Of a DNA stretch of 64,000 bases, positions 1-13,553 are shown piece by piece (within the stretch, counting starts at the first letter, position 1; every line of letters begins with the position of its first letter). The notes under the pieces were generated by a model. The model was not told where the DNA came from and ran no database searches. It was given only the letters and a program-made list of their open reading frames with translations. The position numbers and the translations under genes are program-made. Source of the stretch: an uncultured Chloroflexia bacterium (lineage in GTDB: Bacteria; Chloroflexota; Limnocylindria; Limnocylindrales; CSP1-4); assembly GCA_963734535.1 (NCBI GenBank), contig CAVTHS010000003.1, positions 128,001 through 192,000 of the forward strand. The letters run 5' to 3'.

Positions 1-546
1 GTGCTCTCCTGCGTGGCGCTGTCGCTCGTGCTCATCCTGGCTGCCCTCGAGGTCCCGCGGCGCCGCCTCTCGACGAGCTTCCTCGGGGCGCTCGGGCTCG
101 GGATCGTGGTGGCCGTGGTGCTCGGGCTGGCATGGCCGAACCAGGCGTTCGCGAAGGTCGGCGATGCGGTCATCCCCGGGGTCGACGCCGGCGTCCGCAC
201 GCTCGTGGCCGGCCTGGCGCTGGGTGCGCTCGTCGTCGGAATCCTGGGCTTCCTTGTCGGCGCCCGCGCCGGCGGCATCGGCGGTGCCATCGGCGGGCTG
301 ATCGGCGGGGCCGTGGCGGGCGTGCTGATCGGCGCATTCCTCGCGATCTCGTTCAGCCTCCGCGTGGGGATCGCGCTCGGCATCTGTACCACCCTGATCG
401 CCTGGCCTGCCCTCGCCGTGGTGGCTCTCCGGTCCTACGACTGGGGCGTCCTCAAGGCTCGCTATTGGCCCGGCACGACCATCGAGACGACGAAGGAGAC
501 CATCGAGTGGGTGCGCGCACGGACGCCGCTCGGCAAGAGGCCGTAG
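1..546 (+). CDS. Phage holin family (Holin-X/superfamily III-like) membrane protein, 5'-truncated
   Basis: Multiple hydrophobic segments. The C-terminus 'WPGTTIETTKETIEWVR' resembles the P..T.ET.KE..EW tail of actinobacterial holin-X proteins, and a DUF3618-like gene follows. Confidence 0.55.
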   Translation: MLSCVALSLVLILAALEVPRRRLSTSFLGALGLGIVVAVVLGLAWPNQAFAKVGDAVIPGVDAGVRTLVAGLALGALVVGILGFLVGARAGGIGGAIGGLIGGAVAGVLIGAFLAISFSLRVGIALGICTTLIAWPALAVVALRSYDWGVLKARYWPGTTIETTKETIEWVRARTPLGKRP

Positions 547-1013
547 CGGCTCGCGCCGGCCTCGAGGACGAGGTCGAGCGCCTGAAGTCGTCCGCGCGAA
601 GTGCCGTGGACGTCAAGGCCAAGGTGAAGCGGTATCCGGGACGAGCCGCCGGTGCGATCGCGGGAACCGCGTTCCTCGCGGCGGGCGGCCCGAAGCGGAT
701 CTTCCGCGCCGTGAAGCGACGGGTCGTGGGCGAGCCGGAGCCGCTGCCGGAGAGCCTCCTCCCGGACGAGGTTGAGCGCGCGGTCCGGGCGCTGGGCGGC
801 GACGGCAGGAAGGTGCGCGGAGCGCTCGAGCGTGGCTTCGCCGACTATCTCGACGCGAGCGCCGGCGACCGCAGGGCCGCCGCCCGCGGTCGTTCGCTCT
901 CACGATTCGCGATGCGCATCGCCACGCCCGTCGCGACCCGGGCTGCCCAGCAGGCGCTGAAGCGGGTGCTGGCCGAACCCGATCGCCCCGGCGACGGGGG
1001 ATCGGCGCGCTAG
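507..1013 (+). CDS. DUF3618-like small protein
   Basis: GTG at 507 preceded by AAGGAG. 'ARQEAVAARAGLEDEVERL' helical N-terminus, then a hydrophobic patch. Usual partner of holin-X genes. Confidence 0.55.
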   Translation: MGARTDAARQEAVAARAGLEDEVERLKSSARSAVDVKAKVKRYPGRAAGAIAGTAFLAAGGPKRIFRAVKRRVVGEPEPLPESLLPDEVERAVRALGGDGRKVRGALERGFADYLDASAGDRRAAARGRSLSRFAMRIATPVATRAAQQALKRVLAEPDRPGDGGSAR

Positions 1014-1024
1014 ACTCGCTCTAC

Positions 1025-1112
1025 GGGCGAGTGGCGAAATGGCAGACGCGCCGGCCTTAGGAGCCGGTGTCACGTGAGTGACGTGTGGGTTCGACCCCCT
1101 CCTCGCCCACCA
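1025..1112 (+). tRNA. tRNA-Leu(TAG)
   Basis: Acceptor stem GGGCGAG/CTCGCCC, anticodon arm CCGGC-CTTAGGA-GCCGG, long variable arm, GGTTCGA T-loop, encoded CCA. Sits upstream of tig. Confidence 0.97.
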
Positions 1113-1158
1113 GCGGGCGGGGGCGCGCCCATGGGGCCCCCCGTATACTTGGCCGGCC

Positions 1159-2538
1159 ATGCACGTCACCACCACCCCCTCCCCGAAGAGCACCGTCCTC
1201 CTCGAGGTCGAGCTGCCCGCCGCCGACCTGGCCCGCGCCGTCGTCGACGCAACCCGCCGCCTGAGCCAGCGCACCCGGATCCCCGGGTTCCGGCCCGGGA
1301 AGGCGCCCCGATCCATGGTCGAGCGCGAGCTGGGCCCAGGGTCGGTCCTCGACGAGGCCGTGGAGCAGCTCGTCGAACGGTCCTATCGCGAGGCGATGGC
1401 AGAGCAGACCGAGCTGTTCGCGATCGGCCGTCCCACGATCGACGTCGTGCAGGCGGAGGAGGGCCAGCCCCTCCGATACACCGCCACGATCCCGGTCCGT
1501 CCCGAGGTCAAGCTCGGCGACTACCGGTCGTTCCCGTTCGCGCCCGAGATCGACACTGTCGACGACCCAAAGGTGGACCGCGTCGTCGACGAGCTGCGCG
1601 ACCAGCAGGCCGCGCTCGTGCCGGTGGAGGAGCGGGGCGCCAAGGACGACGACTGGGCCGTGATCGGCTTCGTCGGGACGCGCGATGGTGAGCCGTTCGA
1701 GGGCGGCACGGTGGAGCGGATGCCCATCGTGATCGGCCAGGAGCGCCTCATTCCCGGCTTCGAGGAGCACCTGGTGGGCCTGCGGCCGGGCGACACGACC
1801 GAGTTCGAGATCACGTTCCCGCTCGACTACCAGGATGAGGCCCTGCAGGGTGCCACGGCTCACTTCGACGTCACGCTCCGGGAGCTCCGCGAGAAGGTCC
1901 TGCCGGTCGCCGACGATGCGTTCGCCGCGTCGCTCGGCGAGTTCCCCGACCTGGCCACGCTGCGGTCCGAGGTGCGGGCGCGGCTCGACCGCAACGCCCT
2001 CGACCGCGCCCGTCACGGCTTCGCGGATCGCATCATCGACTACGCGGTGAAGAACGCCACGGTCGAGATCCCGGACCTCCTCGTCGACGAGGAGATCGAG
2101 GTCATGCACGATGAGCTGCGCGGCGCGCTGGCGCGGCAGGGCATCACCGAGGACGCCTATCGCAAGGCCGTCGACAAGACGCCCGAGCAGCTCCACGCGG
2201 ACTTCCGGCCCGGCGCCGAGGAGCGCGCGAAGACGCTCCTCGTCCTGGGCGCGATCGCCGAGGCCGAGGGGATGGAGGTCACCGACGCCGACGTGACGGC
2301 CGAGGCGGCCCGCGCCCGGCAGCGCTACGCGAACGACCCGAAGCTGTCGGCCTACTTCGACACGGACCGCGCGCGGGCCGCCATCCGGAGCTCGCTGCGC
2401 CGGTCGCGCGTGGTCGAGAAGCTCATCGACGGATGGCTTGCCGCACACCCGGACCACCCGGCGATCCCGCATGTCGAAGACGCCGAGGCCGCCGCCGGCG
2501 GCGCCGCCGTCGAGGAGGCGGGCAGCGCCCGCGCGTGA
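1159..2538 (+). CDS. tig: Trigger factor
   Basis: '[10 protein letters not shown]' ribosome-binding signature, FKBP-like domain (FEGG...LIPGFEE), upstream of clpPX. Confidence 0.96.
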   Translation: MHVTTTPSPKSTVLLEVELPAADLARAVVDATRRLSQRTRIPGFRPGKAPRSMVERELGPGSVLDEAVEQLVERSYREAMAEQTELFAIGRPTIDVVQAEEGQPLRYTATIPVRPEVKLGDYRSFPFAPEIDTVDDPKVDRVVDELRDQQAALVPVEERGAKDDDWAVIGFVGTRDGEPFEGGTVERMPIVIGQERLIPGFEEHLVGLRPGDTTEFEITFPLDYQDEALQGATAHFDVTLRELREKVLPVADDAFAASLGEFPDLATLRSEVRARLDRNALDRARHGFADRIIDYAVKNATVEIPDLLVDEEIEVMHDELRGALARQGITEDAYRKAVDKTPEQLHADFRPGAEERAKTLLVLGAIAEAEGMEVTDADVTAEAARARQRYANDPKLSAYFDTDRARAAIRSSLRRSRVVEKLIDGWLAAHPDHPAIPHVEDAEAAAGGAAVEEAGSARA

Positions 2539-2618
2539 TCCATCACCCCTTCGTTCCAACGCCGTCGACGGCGGCCGCTCGCAGCGGCGCCGAGGACGCC
2601 TCTCCAGGAGGGACCCAG

Positions 2619-3305
2619 ATGCTCGTGCCGATGGTCATCGAAACGTCGAGCCGCGGAGAGCGGGCGTACGACATCTACTCGCGGCTCCTCAAGGAGCGGA
2701 TCATCTTCCTGGGCGACGCGATCGAGGACAACGTCGCGAACCTGATCATCGCCCAGCTCCTCTTCCTCGACTCCGAGGACCCGGAGAAGGACATCAACCT
2801 GTACGTCAACTCGCCGGGCGGCGTGATCACCGCGGGGCTCGCGATCTACGACACGATGCAGCTCGTGCGGGCGCCGGTCAGCACGATCTGCGTGGGGATG
2901 GCCGCGAGCATGGCTGCCGTCCTCCTCGCGGCCGGCCACCCGGGCAAGCGCTACGCGTTGCCGCACAGCCGGATCATGATCCACCAGGGCTCGGGCGGAT
3001 TCCGTGGCAACACCCCGGATGTCTTCATCCAGGTCCGCGAGATGGAGACGCTGGTCAACGCGAATCACGAGCTGCTGGCGCACCACACGGGCCAGACCGT
3101 GGAGAAGATCGTCAAGGACACCGAGCGGGACTATTTCATGAGTCCCGACCAGGCCCAGGCGTATGGCATCATCGACGCTGTCTACGCGCCCGTCCCGAAA
3201 TCGATCGCGCCGGGCCTCCCGTCCGCCTCCAGCGGCCCGGGCAAGGTACGATCGGCTTCGTCAGACGAGACGCCGCCCGACGGGCCGGCGCCCGCGGGCG
3301 CCTAG
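2619..3305 (+). CDS. clpP: ATP-dependent Clp protease proteolytic subunit
   Basis: '[15 protein letters not shown]', 'YVNSPGG', 'AASMAA', 'IMIHQ'; SD AGGAGG. Low-complexity C-terminal tail. Confidence 0.97.
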   Translation: MLVPMVIETSSRGERAYDIYSRLLKERIIFLGDAIEDNVANLIIAQLLFLDSEDPEKDINLYVNSPGGVITAGLAIYDTMQLVRAPVSTICVGMAASMAAVLLAAGHPGKRYALPHSRIMIHQGSGGFRGNTPDVFIQVREMETLVNANHELLAHHTGQTVEKIVKDTERDYFMSPDQAQAYGIIDAVYAPVPKSIAPGLPSASSGPGKVRSASSDETPPDGPAPAGA

Positions 3306-3350
3306 ACCAGCGGCGCGCAGCACGACGGACGACACGGAGAGCAGGCACGG

Positions 3351-4655
<1,305 letters not shown>

Positions 4656-4678
4656 CGCGGGGACGCAGGCAGCCCGGG

Positions 4679-6355
4679 ATGCGCATGAACGTCCCGCCCG
4701 TCCGGGGCGCCCGGTTCGGCGACGACTGGTGGCAGCGCGGCGTCATCTACCAGGTCTATCCGCGCAGCTTCGCCGACTCGAATGGCGACGGCGTCGGTGA
4801 CCTGGCGGGCATCATCGACCACCTGGACCACCTGGGGCCCGACGGGCTCGGCATCGACGCGATCTGGCTGTCTCCCATCTACCCGTCGCCTGGCCTCGAC
4901 GGGGGCTACGACGTCGCCGATCACGAGCGTGTCGATCCGCTGTTTGGATCGGAGGACGCGTTCGATCGGCTCGTGGCCGAGGCGCATCGTCGGGGCATCC
5001 GGATCGTCCTCGACCTGGTGATGAACCACACGAGCGATGCGCACCGGTGGTTCGAGTCGTCGCGCGCCGGGCGCGATGGGCCGTTCGCGGACTGGTACCT
5101 GTGGCGCGACCCTGCCGGCATGGGACCGGACGGGCAGCCGATGCCGCCGAACAACTGGACCTCGTTCTTCGGGGGCACGGGCTGGGAGTGGGAGCCGCGC
5201 CGGGGCCAGCTCTACTTCCACACCTTCATGGCCGAGCAGCCGGAGCTGAACTGGCGGCACCCGGGCGTGGAGGAGGCGCAGCTCGGCATGGTTCGCGGAT
5301 GGCTCGCGCGCGGCGTGGACGGCTTTCGCCTCGATGTCTTCAACGTGTTCCTCAAGCACCCGGGCCTGCCGTCCAATCCCACCCGGGCCGGCCGCGGGCC
5401 GTGGGACCGCCAGTTCCACGTCTACGACCGCGACCAGCCCGACCTCCCGGCGCTGATCGGGCGATTCCGGGCGATCCTCGACGCGGCGCCTGGCCGGATG
5501 TCCGTCGGGGAGCTCTTCGACGGGACGGTCGAGACGGCAGCCAGCCTCACATCGGGGTCCCACCTCGTGTTCGACTGGGCGCTGATCGAGGCGAGCTGGA
5601 CCGCGCCGGCCATCCGCGCCGCGATCCGGGTGCGCGAACAGGCGTTCGGCGACGGCCGCTGGCCGACCGCGGTCCTCTCGAACCACGACCGGCCGCGGCA
5701 GGCCTCTCGCCTCGCCGACAGCGTCGGGGCGGAGGACCCGGACGCGGTTGCCCTCGCCGCGGCGGTCCTGCTGCTGACCGTCCGGGGCACCCCGTTCCTC
5801 TACTACGGCGAGGAGCTGGGAATGCGCGACGTGGACATTGCACCCGAGGAGAGCGTCGATCCGCCTGCCTTCCGTTTCGGCCCCGGTACCCACTGGTGGG
5901 ATCGGTCGCGATGCCGGACGCCGATGCCCTGGTCGCGGGGGCCCGGGTCCGGATTCACGAACGGTCACCCGTGGCTGCGCCTCGGCCCCGACGTCGAGGA
6001 GCGAAACGTCGAGGTCCAGCTGGCGGATCCACGCTCCATCCTCTGGACGTACCGCCGCCTCCTCGCGCTGCGGGCGGCCACGCCGGCCCTCCAGCTCGGG
6101 TCGCTCCGCCTGCATCCGGGCGGCAGCGGCGACATCGTCGCCTACACGCGCGAGGCTCCAGGGCAGCACATCCTCGTGCTCCTCAACCTGGGCCGGGGGG
6201 ATTCCGGGTGGGACCTGCCGGCGACGGATGGGAAGTCCGGATGGCGGGTCCGGTTTGGGACGGCGCCGGCGTCGGCGCCCGGCTCCCTCGTCGCGAGCGG
6301 GGCGCGGCTGATCCTCGGCTCGAACGAGGCGTTGATCCTCGAGGCGATCGGCTGA
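4679..6355 (+). CDS. GH13 alpha-glucosidase / oligo-1,6-glucosidase family
   Basis: 'WWQRGVIYQVYPRSFADSNGDGVGDL', 'DLVMNHTS', catalytic 'GFRLDV', 'VGE', 'SNHD'. Confidence 0.93.
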   Translation: MRMNVPPVRGARFGDDWWQRGVIYQVYPRSFADSNGDGVGDLAGIIDHLDHLGPDGLGIDAIWLSPIYPSPGLDGGYDVADHERVDPLFGSEDAFDRLVAEAHRRGIRIVLDLVMNHTSDAHRWFESSRAGRDGPFADWYLWRDPAGMGPDGQPMPPNNWTSFFGGTGWEWEPRRGQLYFHTFMAEQPELNWRHPGVEEAQLGMVRGWLARGVDGFRLDVFNVFLKHPGLPSNPTRAGRGPWDRQFHVYDRDQPDLPALIGRFRAILDAAPGRMSVGELFDGTVETAASLTSGSHLVFDWALIEASWTAPAIRAAIRVREQAFGDGRWPTAVLSNHDRPRQASRLADSVGAEDPDAVALAAAVLLLTVRGTPFLYYGEELGMRDVDIAPEESVDPPAFRFGPGTHWWDRSRCRTPMPWSRGPGSGFTNGHPWLRLGPDVEERNVEVQLADPRSILWTYRRLLALRAATPALQLGSLRLHPGGSGDIVAYTREAPGQHILVLLNLGRGDSGWDLPATDGKSGWRVRFGTAPASAPGSLVASGARLILGSNEALILEAIG

Positions 6356-6418
6356 CCGGTCCCGGAAGCCGTTTCGACGGCCCGGATTGGACGGGACCCC
6401 GTGCTACACTCCGGCCCT

Positions 6419-6665
6419 CACGGCGGTGACCGGGAGGAGTAGCGTCGGCAGGGGCCGAAGCGAGCGCGGGACGGTGCGAGCCGCGCGGGCGACCCCGGCG
6501 CGAACGTCGCTCGCGAGCCGTGACGGGAGACGCCCGATAGCGCGTCGAGAGGGCTGACGGGCGCGCCCGAGGCGCACCGGCCGGGATGACCGGTCGCGAC
6601 CGAAATGCCGAACCAGCTGGTGGTACCACGACCCCGTTCGTCCGCTGGGACGAGCGGGGTTTGTT
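6419..6665 (+). promoter_or_regulatory. T-box riboswitch (Val specifier GUC) with terminator
   Basis: Stem I base CACGGC.../GCCGTG, AG/GNUG-like motifs, specifier GTC at 6506-6508, T-box 'AACCAGCTGGTGGTACCACG' at 6611-6630, terminator ACCCCGTTCGTCC-GCTG-GGACGAGCGGGGT-TTGTT. -10 TACACT upstream; valS downstream. Confidence 0.92.
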
Positions 6666-6686
6666 CGGTCTCGGAGGGAGCGCGCG

Positions 6687-9416
<2,730 letters not shown>

Positions 9417-9529
9417 GGGAGCGCCGCCCAGGGCTGCCACGCGGCAGGCGGTGTGGATCGTCCGGACGGAACGTGGGCCGGCGGCCGGCGCTGCTAGGAT
9501 TACGTTCACGCCACGCCGATGGAGGTTCC

Positions 9530-10267
9530 GTGCCGCTCGAGTTCCTCAAGCGTCGGGGACGGGACGATGACCGCTCCGTGCCCACGCCCGCCGCCATCCC
9601 GGAGGAGACCTCCGCCGAGGAGTATCTCCTCAAGCTTCACTACGCCGGCAAGAGCAGCGAAGGCGTGCGGATGAAGGCAGGCCCGCGAGCCATGGCCGAG
9701 CTGCCGGCGATGCTCACCGGCCTGGCCGCGAGCGAGATCGAGGTCATCGATCCGCTCCCGATCGAGTTCAGCCAGGCCAGCCCGCAGATCATCCGATCGT
9801 CGGAGGCGATGCAGTGGGTGAACGCCCACCACGCCCACTCGCCGATCGCGCGCCACGCCATCTACGTCCTCGAATTGATCGATGCCATCGATCTCGCCTT
9901 CGACACGCTTGCCTGCGCGCTTCTCGACGGCGAGATCGACACCTCCGGCTACCCCGAGTACAACGCGGTGGTCGGCGGCGTGGCATCGCACTGGGACGAG
10001 GCAACCGGCGACATGCTGGTCCGGGCGGTCGTCGGCTGGGGCGGCCGCGGCGTCCGCGGCGACACGGACCGGATCGCCGCGCGGCGCCTGAGCGGCCTCT
10101 TCCAGAACATCCTCGCAAGCCAGTACGCCATGGAGGTCGTGCCGCTGGACCGGCCGGTCCCGGCGGGCGGCCGTGGCGGCCTCGTCTGCGCGCACTGCGG
10201 GTTTGCGTCCGCCCATGACCGAGCGTTCTACTGCCCGAAGTGCGGCATGCGGCTGCTGCGCGGCTGA
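9530..10267 (+). CDS. Hypothetical protein with C-terminal zinc ribbon
   Basis: GTG after GGAGG, typical codon use, C-terminal CAHC-x10-CPKC. Confidence 0.8.
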   Translation: MPLEFLKRRGRDDDRSVPTPAAIPEETSAEEYLLKLHYAGKSSEGVRMKAGPRAMAELPAMLTGLAASEIEVIDPLPIEFSQASPQIIRSSEAMQWVNAHHAHSPIARHAIYVLELIDAIDLAFDTLACALLDGEIDTSGYPEYNAVVGGVASHWDEATGDMLVRAVVGWGGRGVRGDTDRIAARRLSGLFQNILASQYAMEVVPLDRPVPAGGRGGLVCAHCGFASAHDRAFYCPKCGMRLLRG

Positions 10268-10291
10268 GCCCGATCGGCGAACGGAGACCAC

Positions 10292-10705
10292 GTGCCCATC
10301 TACGACTACGTCTGCGGATCCTGCGGCCACCGCTTCGAGGTCTTCCGCGGGATCAACGAGGCGGGGCCGCACCAGTGCCCCGAGTGCGGCGGGCCGGTCG
10401 CACGGGCCTTCGTCCCGCCGACGATCCACTTCAAGGGAACCGGCTGGGCGAAGTCGGATCGCCGTGCCTCGAGCGCGCGATCACGGCGAACCGAGACCGG
10501 TTCGCCGGCATCCGGATCGTCGAAATCCGCGGCGCCCGGGGAGTCCCGGGAGTCGACGGACTCAGGGAAGCCGGCCGGCGAGTCCGGGAAGCCGGCCGCG
10601 GAGCCGGCCGGGGAATCGTCCGGTGCAACCCCACCCGCGGATGCCTCATCGTCGTCAGGCGGTGGGACCTCGAAGACGTCGGCCCAGTCCCAGGCGGATC
10701 GATGA
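10292..10705 (+). CDS. FmdB family zinc-ribbon protein
   Basis: 'MPIYDYVCGSCGHRFE...CPECGG...IHFKGTGW' (CxxC_CxxC_SSSS family) with Ser-rich tail. Confidence 0.9.
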   Translation: MPIYDYVCGSCGHRFEVFRGINEAGPHQCPECGGPVARAFVPPTIHFKGTGWAKSDRRASSARSRRTETGSPASGSSKSAAPGESRESTDSGKPAGESGKPAAEPAGESSGATPPADASSSSGGGTSKTSAQSQADR

Positions 10706-10712
10706 ACCCTCG

Positions 10713-10949
10713 ATGAGCCGTCCGCCCTCGGACTGGATCACGCTCGCGGAGGCGGGCCAGATTCTCGACGGCGCGAACGTTCATCTCCGCCCGGAGACGA
10801 TCGGCCGGTGGGCGCGCGAAGGCCGGCTCCAGACGCTGAAGCTGGGCGGCCGCCGATACGTCCGTCGCGTCGAGATCCGCGCGCTGCTGCGGCCCCGCCG
10901 ACGCGTCGCCGCCCAGGACGTCCAGCCGCGGCTCTTCGAGGACCTCTGA
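10713..10949 (+). CDS. Small MerR/excisionase-like HTH DNA-binding protein (BldC-like)
   Basis: 'ITLAEAGQIL...PETIGRWAREGRLQTLKLGGRRYVRRVEIRALL' matches the HTH_17/BldC pattern. Confidence 0.75.
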   Translation: MSRPPSDWITLAEAGQILDGANVHLRPETIGRWAREGRLQTLKLGGRRYVRRVEIRALLRPRRRVAAQDVQPRLFEDL

Positions 10950-11062
10950 GCCAACCGGCCACGGCGTCCCGCTCGAGCCATCGGCGCTGGGTCGTGTCGC
11001 TGGTCGAGCCGTTCGGCGCCGCGCTCGTCGGCGTCCCGCGGATCGCGATGGCGTCCGAACGG

Positions 11063-13384
11063 TCAGCCCTGGCGGGTCCCGCAGCGACGGCAGAAGCGGG
11101 CGTTCACTGACAGCGACAGGCCACAGCTGACGCACGAGTGGACACCCACCGGACCGGCGGTCCCCGGACCAGCGGCCAGGACGTCGCGACTCGAGGCGGC
11201 CCAGACCGGTGACTCGACGGGTCGTGCGGTCGCGACTCGCGATGCCCACGCCGCGGTCGGCATCGCGTCCGTGGGTCGTCGGGTGACGCTGGTCGGGGTT
11301 GCCCAGATTGGTGGCGCTGGCTCCGCCTCGTCTGCGGCGGTTCCATCGGGCGCCACCATCCGCCAGGTCGGCTGCTGCACGACGTCGATGGGAGCAGGCG
11401 AGGGCTCGGGCACAGGAGGCTCGGGCTCTGGCGCAGCAGGCTCGGGTGCCGCAATGGCCGCTTCGGAAGGCTCCGGTTCGGACGCCACGACCTGCTCGGG
11501 CTCTGGCGCGGCAGGCTCGGGCGCGACCGCCGCGGCCATGTCGATCGCGACCGGCTCGGGCTCCGGCGCTGCCGCCGCGGCCATGTCGATCGCGACCGGC
11601 TCGGGCTCGGGGGCCACCGCCGCGACATCGATCTCGATCGGCTCGGGCACAGCCGTCGCTGCCATGTCGATCACGACCGGCTCAAGCTCCGGCGCAGCAG
11701 GCTCGGGTGCCGCAATGGCCGCTTCGGAAGGCTCCGGTTCGGACGCCACGACCTGCTCGGGCTCTGGCGCGGCAGGCTCGGGCGCGACCGCCGCGGCCAT
11801 GTCGATCGCGACCGGCTCGGGCTCGGCGCAGCCGCCGCGGCCATGTCGATCGACGACCGGCTCAAGCTCCGGCGCAGCAGGCTCGGGTGCCGCAATGGCC
11901 GCTTCGGGAGGCTCCGGTTCGGACGCCACGACCTGCTCGGGCTCGGGGGCCACCGCCGCGACATCGATCGCGACCGGCTCGGGCTCCGTCGCCGCTGCCG
12001 CGACATCGGTCTCGATCGGCTCGGGCTCCGTCGCCGCTGCCGCGACATCGGTCTCGATCGGCTCGGGCTCCGTCGCCGCTGCCGCAAACCCGACCTCCGT
12101 CGCCTCCGGCTCCTGCGACGCCTTGGGCTCGGCGATGAGGATGTCTGCAGACGGGATCGGCGTGCTCGCGAGGGTGTCGTCCTGCGATGCAACGGGCGTC
12201 GATGGGGCGGGGAGCGCGCGACGACCGCCTCGCACCCGGAACCACTGGAAGAAACGCCGGGTCTCGGCCTTCGCAGCCGTGACGAGCTCTGGTCGGCTCG
12301 TGGAACCTGCCTCGCTCGCAGTAGTTGTGATCGCTGCATCCGGGGACTCGGCCACCGCCTGGATTCCATCCGGTGCCTGTCTCAGGCTCGCCGATGCATC
12401 GCCGGCCACCGTGCCGTCAGTGGCTGAGCGTTCGAGGTCACCCGTCCGGCGGTGGAGGGCACTCTCGATGGTGGCGAGCTCCGCCGGGGTCAATTCGACA
12501 TCCGCCTCGGCTTCGGCCGCCTGCTGGGCCGCGAGCTGCCGGGCCGCCTCCGCCTCGGCTTCGGCCGCCTGCTGGGCCGCGAGCTGGCGGGCCGCCTCCG
12601 CCTCGGCTTCGGCCGCCTGCTGGGCCGCGAGCTGGCGGGCCGCCTCCGCCTCGGCTTCGGCCGCCTGCTGGGCCGCGAGCTGGCGGGCCGCCTCCGCCTC
12701 GGCTTCGGCCGCCTGCTGGGCCGCGAGCTGCCGGGCCGCCTCCGCCTCGGCTTCGGCCGCCTGCTGGGCCGCGAGCTGCCGGGCCGCCTCCGCCTCGGCT
12801 TCGGCCGCCTGCTGGGCCGCGAGCTGCCGGGCCGCCTCCGCCTCGGCTTCGGCCGCCTGCTGGGCCGCGAGCTGCCGGGCCGCCTCCGCCTCGGCTTCGG
12901 CCGCGAGGGCGTCTCGGTCGGTCGGGGTGGCGGCGACGGCGCGTACGTCGGACGAGGGCCACGCAGACGCCGCCACGTTGGGCGCCGGCGCCTCGGTGGC
13001 TGTGACGACCGCCTCGGGCACAACCAGCGCGAGGTCCGGGAAGGCGCCCGCCGGGACGTCCAGGCCGACGTCGGGAGCGCAGGTGAGACACTCGCCCACG
13101 GCGCTGTTCCAGCAGTTCTGGCACGTGTACTGGCGACACGTCATGCAGAAGTTGAAGGTCCGGTGGAACGCGTCGAGCTGCTGCACGGACGCCTTCCGGG
13201 CGTCCTCCTCGCGGGCCAGGGCCATCGCGTCGGTAAACGTCGCGTCGTCGTTCGCGACGAAGTTCTTCACCCCTCGCGACAGCGTGCGAATCCGACCAAG
13301 CCCGCGGCGGCGCCCGGTGGTCGACTCGAACGTGTATCGCGAGCCGCATTGTTCGCAGAACGATTCGGTCAGGATCTCGGCCAT
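11063..13384 (-). CDS. Large protein: N-terminal multi-CxxC zinc domain, Ala/Glu helical repeats, Pro/Glu disordered repeats, C-terminal zinc ribbon
   Basis: ATG at 13384. CEQC...CMTC-x3-TCQNCWN-x4-ECLTCAP near the N-terminus, CVSC-x10-CRRC at the C-terminus. -10 TATACT upstream on the minus strand. Confidence 0.8.
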   Translation of the reverse strand: MAEILTESFCEQCGSRYTFESTTGRRRGLGRIRTLSRGVKNFVANDDATFTDAMALAREEDARKASVQQLDAFHRTFNFCMTCRQYTCQNCWNSAVGECLTCAPDVGLDVPAGAFPDLALVVPEAVVTATEAPAPNVAASAWPSSDVRAVAATPTDRDALAAEAEAEAARQLAAQQAAEAEAEAARQLAAQQAAEAEAEAARQLAAQQAAEAEAEAARQLAAQQAAEAEAEAARQLAAQQAAEAEAEAARQLAAQQAAEAEAEAARQLAAQQAAEAEAEAARQLAAQQAAEAEADVELTPAELATIESALHRRTGDLERSATDGTVAGDASASLRQAPDGIQAVAESPDAAITTTASEAGSTSRPELVTAAKAETRRFFQWFRVRGGRRALPAPSTPVASQDDTLASTPIPSADILIAEPKASQEPEATEVGFAAAATEPEPIETDVAAAATEPEPIETDVAAAATEPEPVAIDVAAVAPEPEQVVASEPEPPEAAIAAPEPAAPELEPVVDRHGRGGCAEPEPVAIDMAAAVAPEPAAPEPEQVVASEPEPSEAAIAAPEPAAPELEPVVIDMAATAVPEPIEIDVAAVAPEPEPVAIDMAAAAAPEPEPVAIDMAAAVAPEPAAPEPEQVVASEPEPSEAAIAAPEPAAPEPEPPVPEPSPAPIDVVQQPTWRMVAPDGTAADEAEPAPPIWATPTSVTRRPTDAMPTAAWASRVATARPVESPVWAASSRDVLAAGPGTAGPVGVHSCVSCGLSLSVNARFCRRCGTRQG
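11430..12085. repeat. Coding repeats (PEPEP region)
   Basis: 134-bp direct repeat at 11430-11563 and 11691-11824, a partial third copy at 11871-11944, plus a 42-bp tandem unit (AAAATEPEPIETDV) near 11975-12085. Confidence 0.85.
12504..12904. repeat. 48-bp tandem repeat x8 plus partial (AEAEAEAARQLAAQQA)
   Basis: Unit gcctcggcttcggccgcctgctgggccgcgagctg(c/g)cgggccgcctcc repeated head-to-tail; units 2-4 share the G variant. Confidence 0.95.
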
Positions 13385-13466
13385 CGGGCCCCCGTGTACG
13401 CGCGCGTCCCGGCCTCCCCCGCCCGTCCGCGAGGCGAGAGTATACCGTAGGCTTCGTGGCCTCCCG

Positions 13467-13495
13467 GGAACCGACGTACCGCCGGCTCCGTCCAA
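13467..13495 (+). promoter_or_regulatory. Candidate ECF sigma promoter for the fhaA operon
   Basis: GGAACC-N16-CGTCCAA upstream of fhaA. The same architecture recurs at 17711. Confidence 0.55.
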
Positions 13496-13553
13496 ACGTC
13501 CCGCGATCGCCGCGTAGGGCGACACACTCGACCTGAGGTCTCCTGCGAAACAG

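Noticed and set aside
10713-10949. Excisionase marking an integrated element
   Set aside because: No integrase, att repeats or compositional shift nearby.
12504-12904. Possible CRISPR array
   Set aside because: Head-to-tail repeats with no spacers, in-frame coding, and no cas genes.
11271-13517. 748-aa Ser/Ala/Gly-rich ORF on the + strand
   Set aside because: Antisense shadow of the repeat-rich minus-strand gene, which carries the zinc motifs and the promoter.
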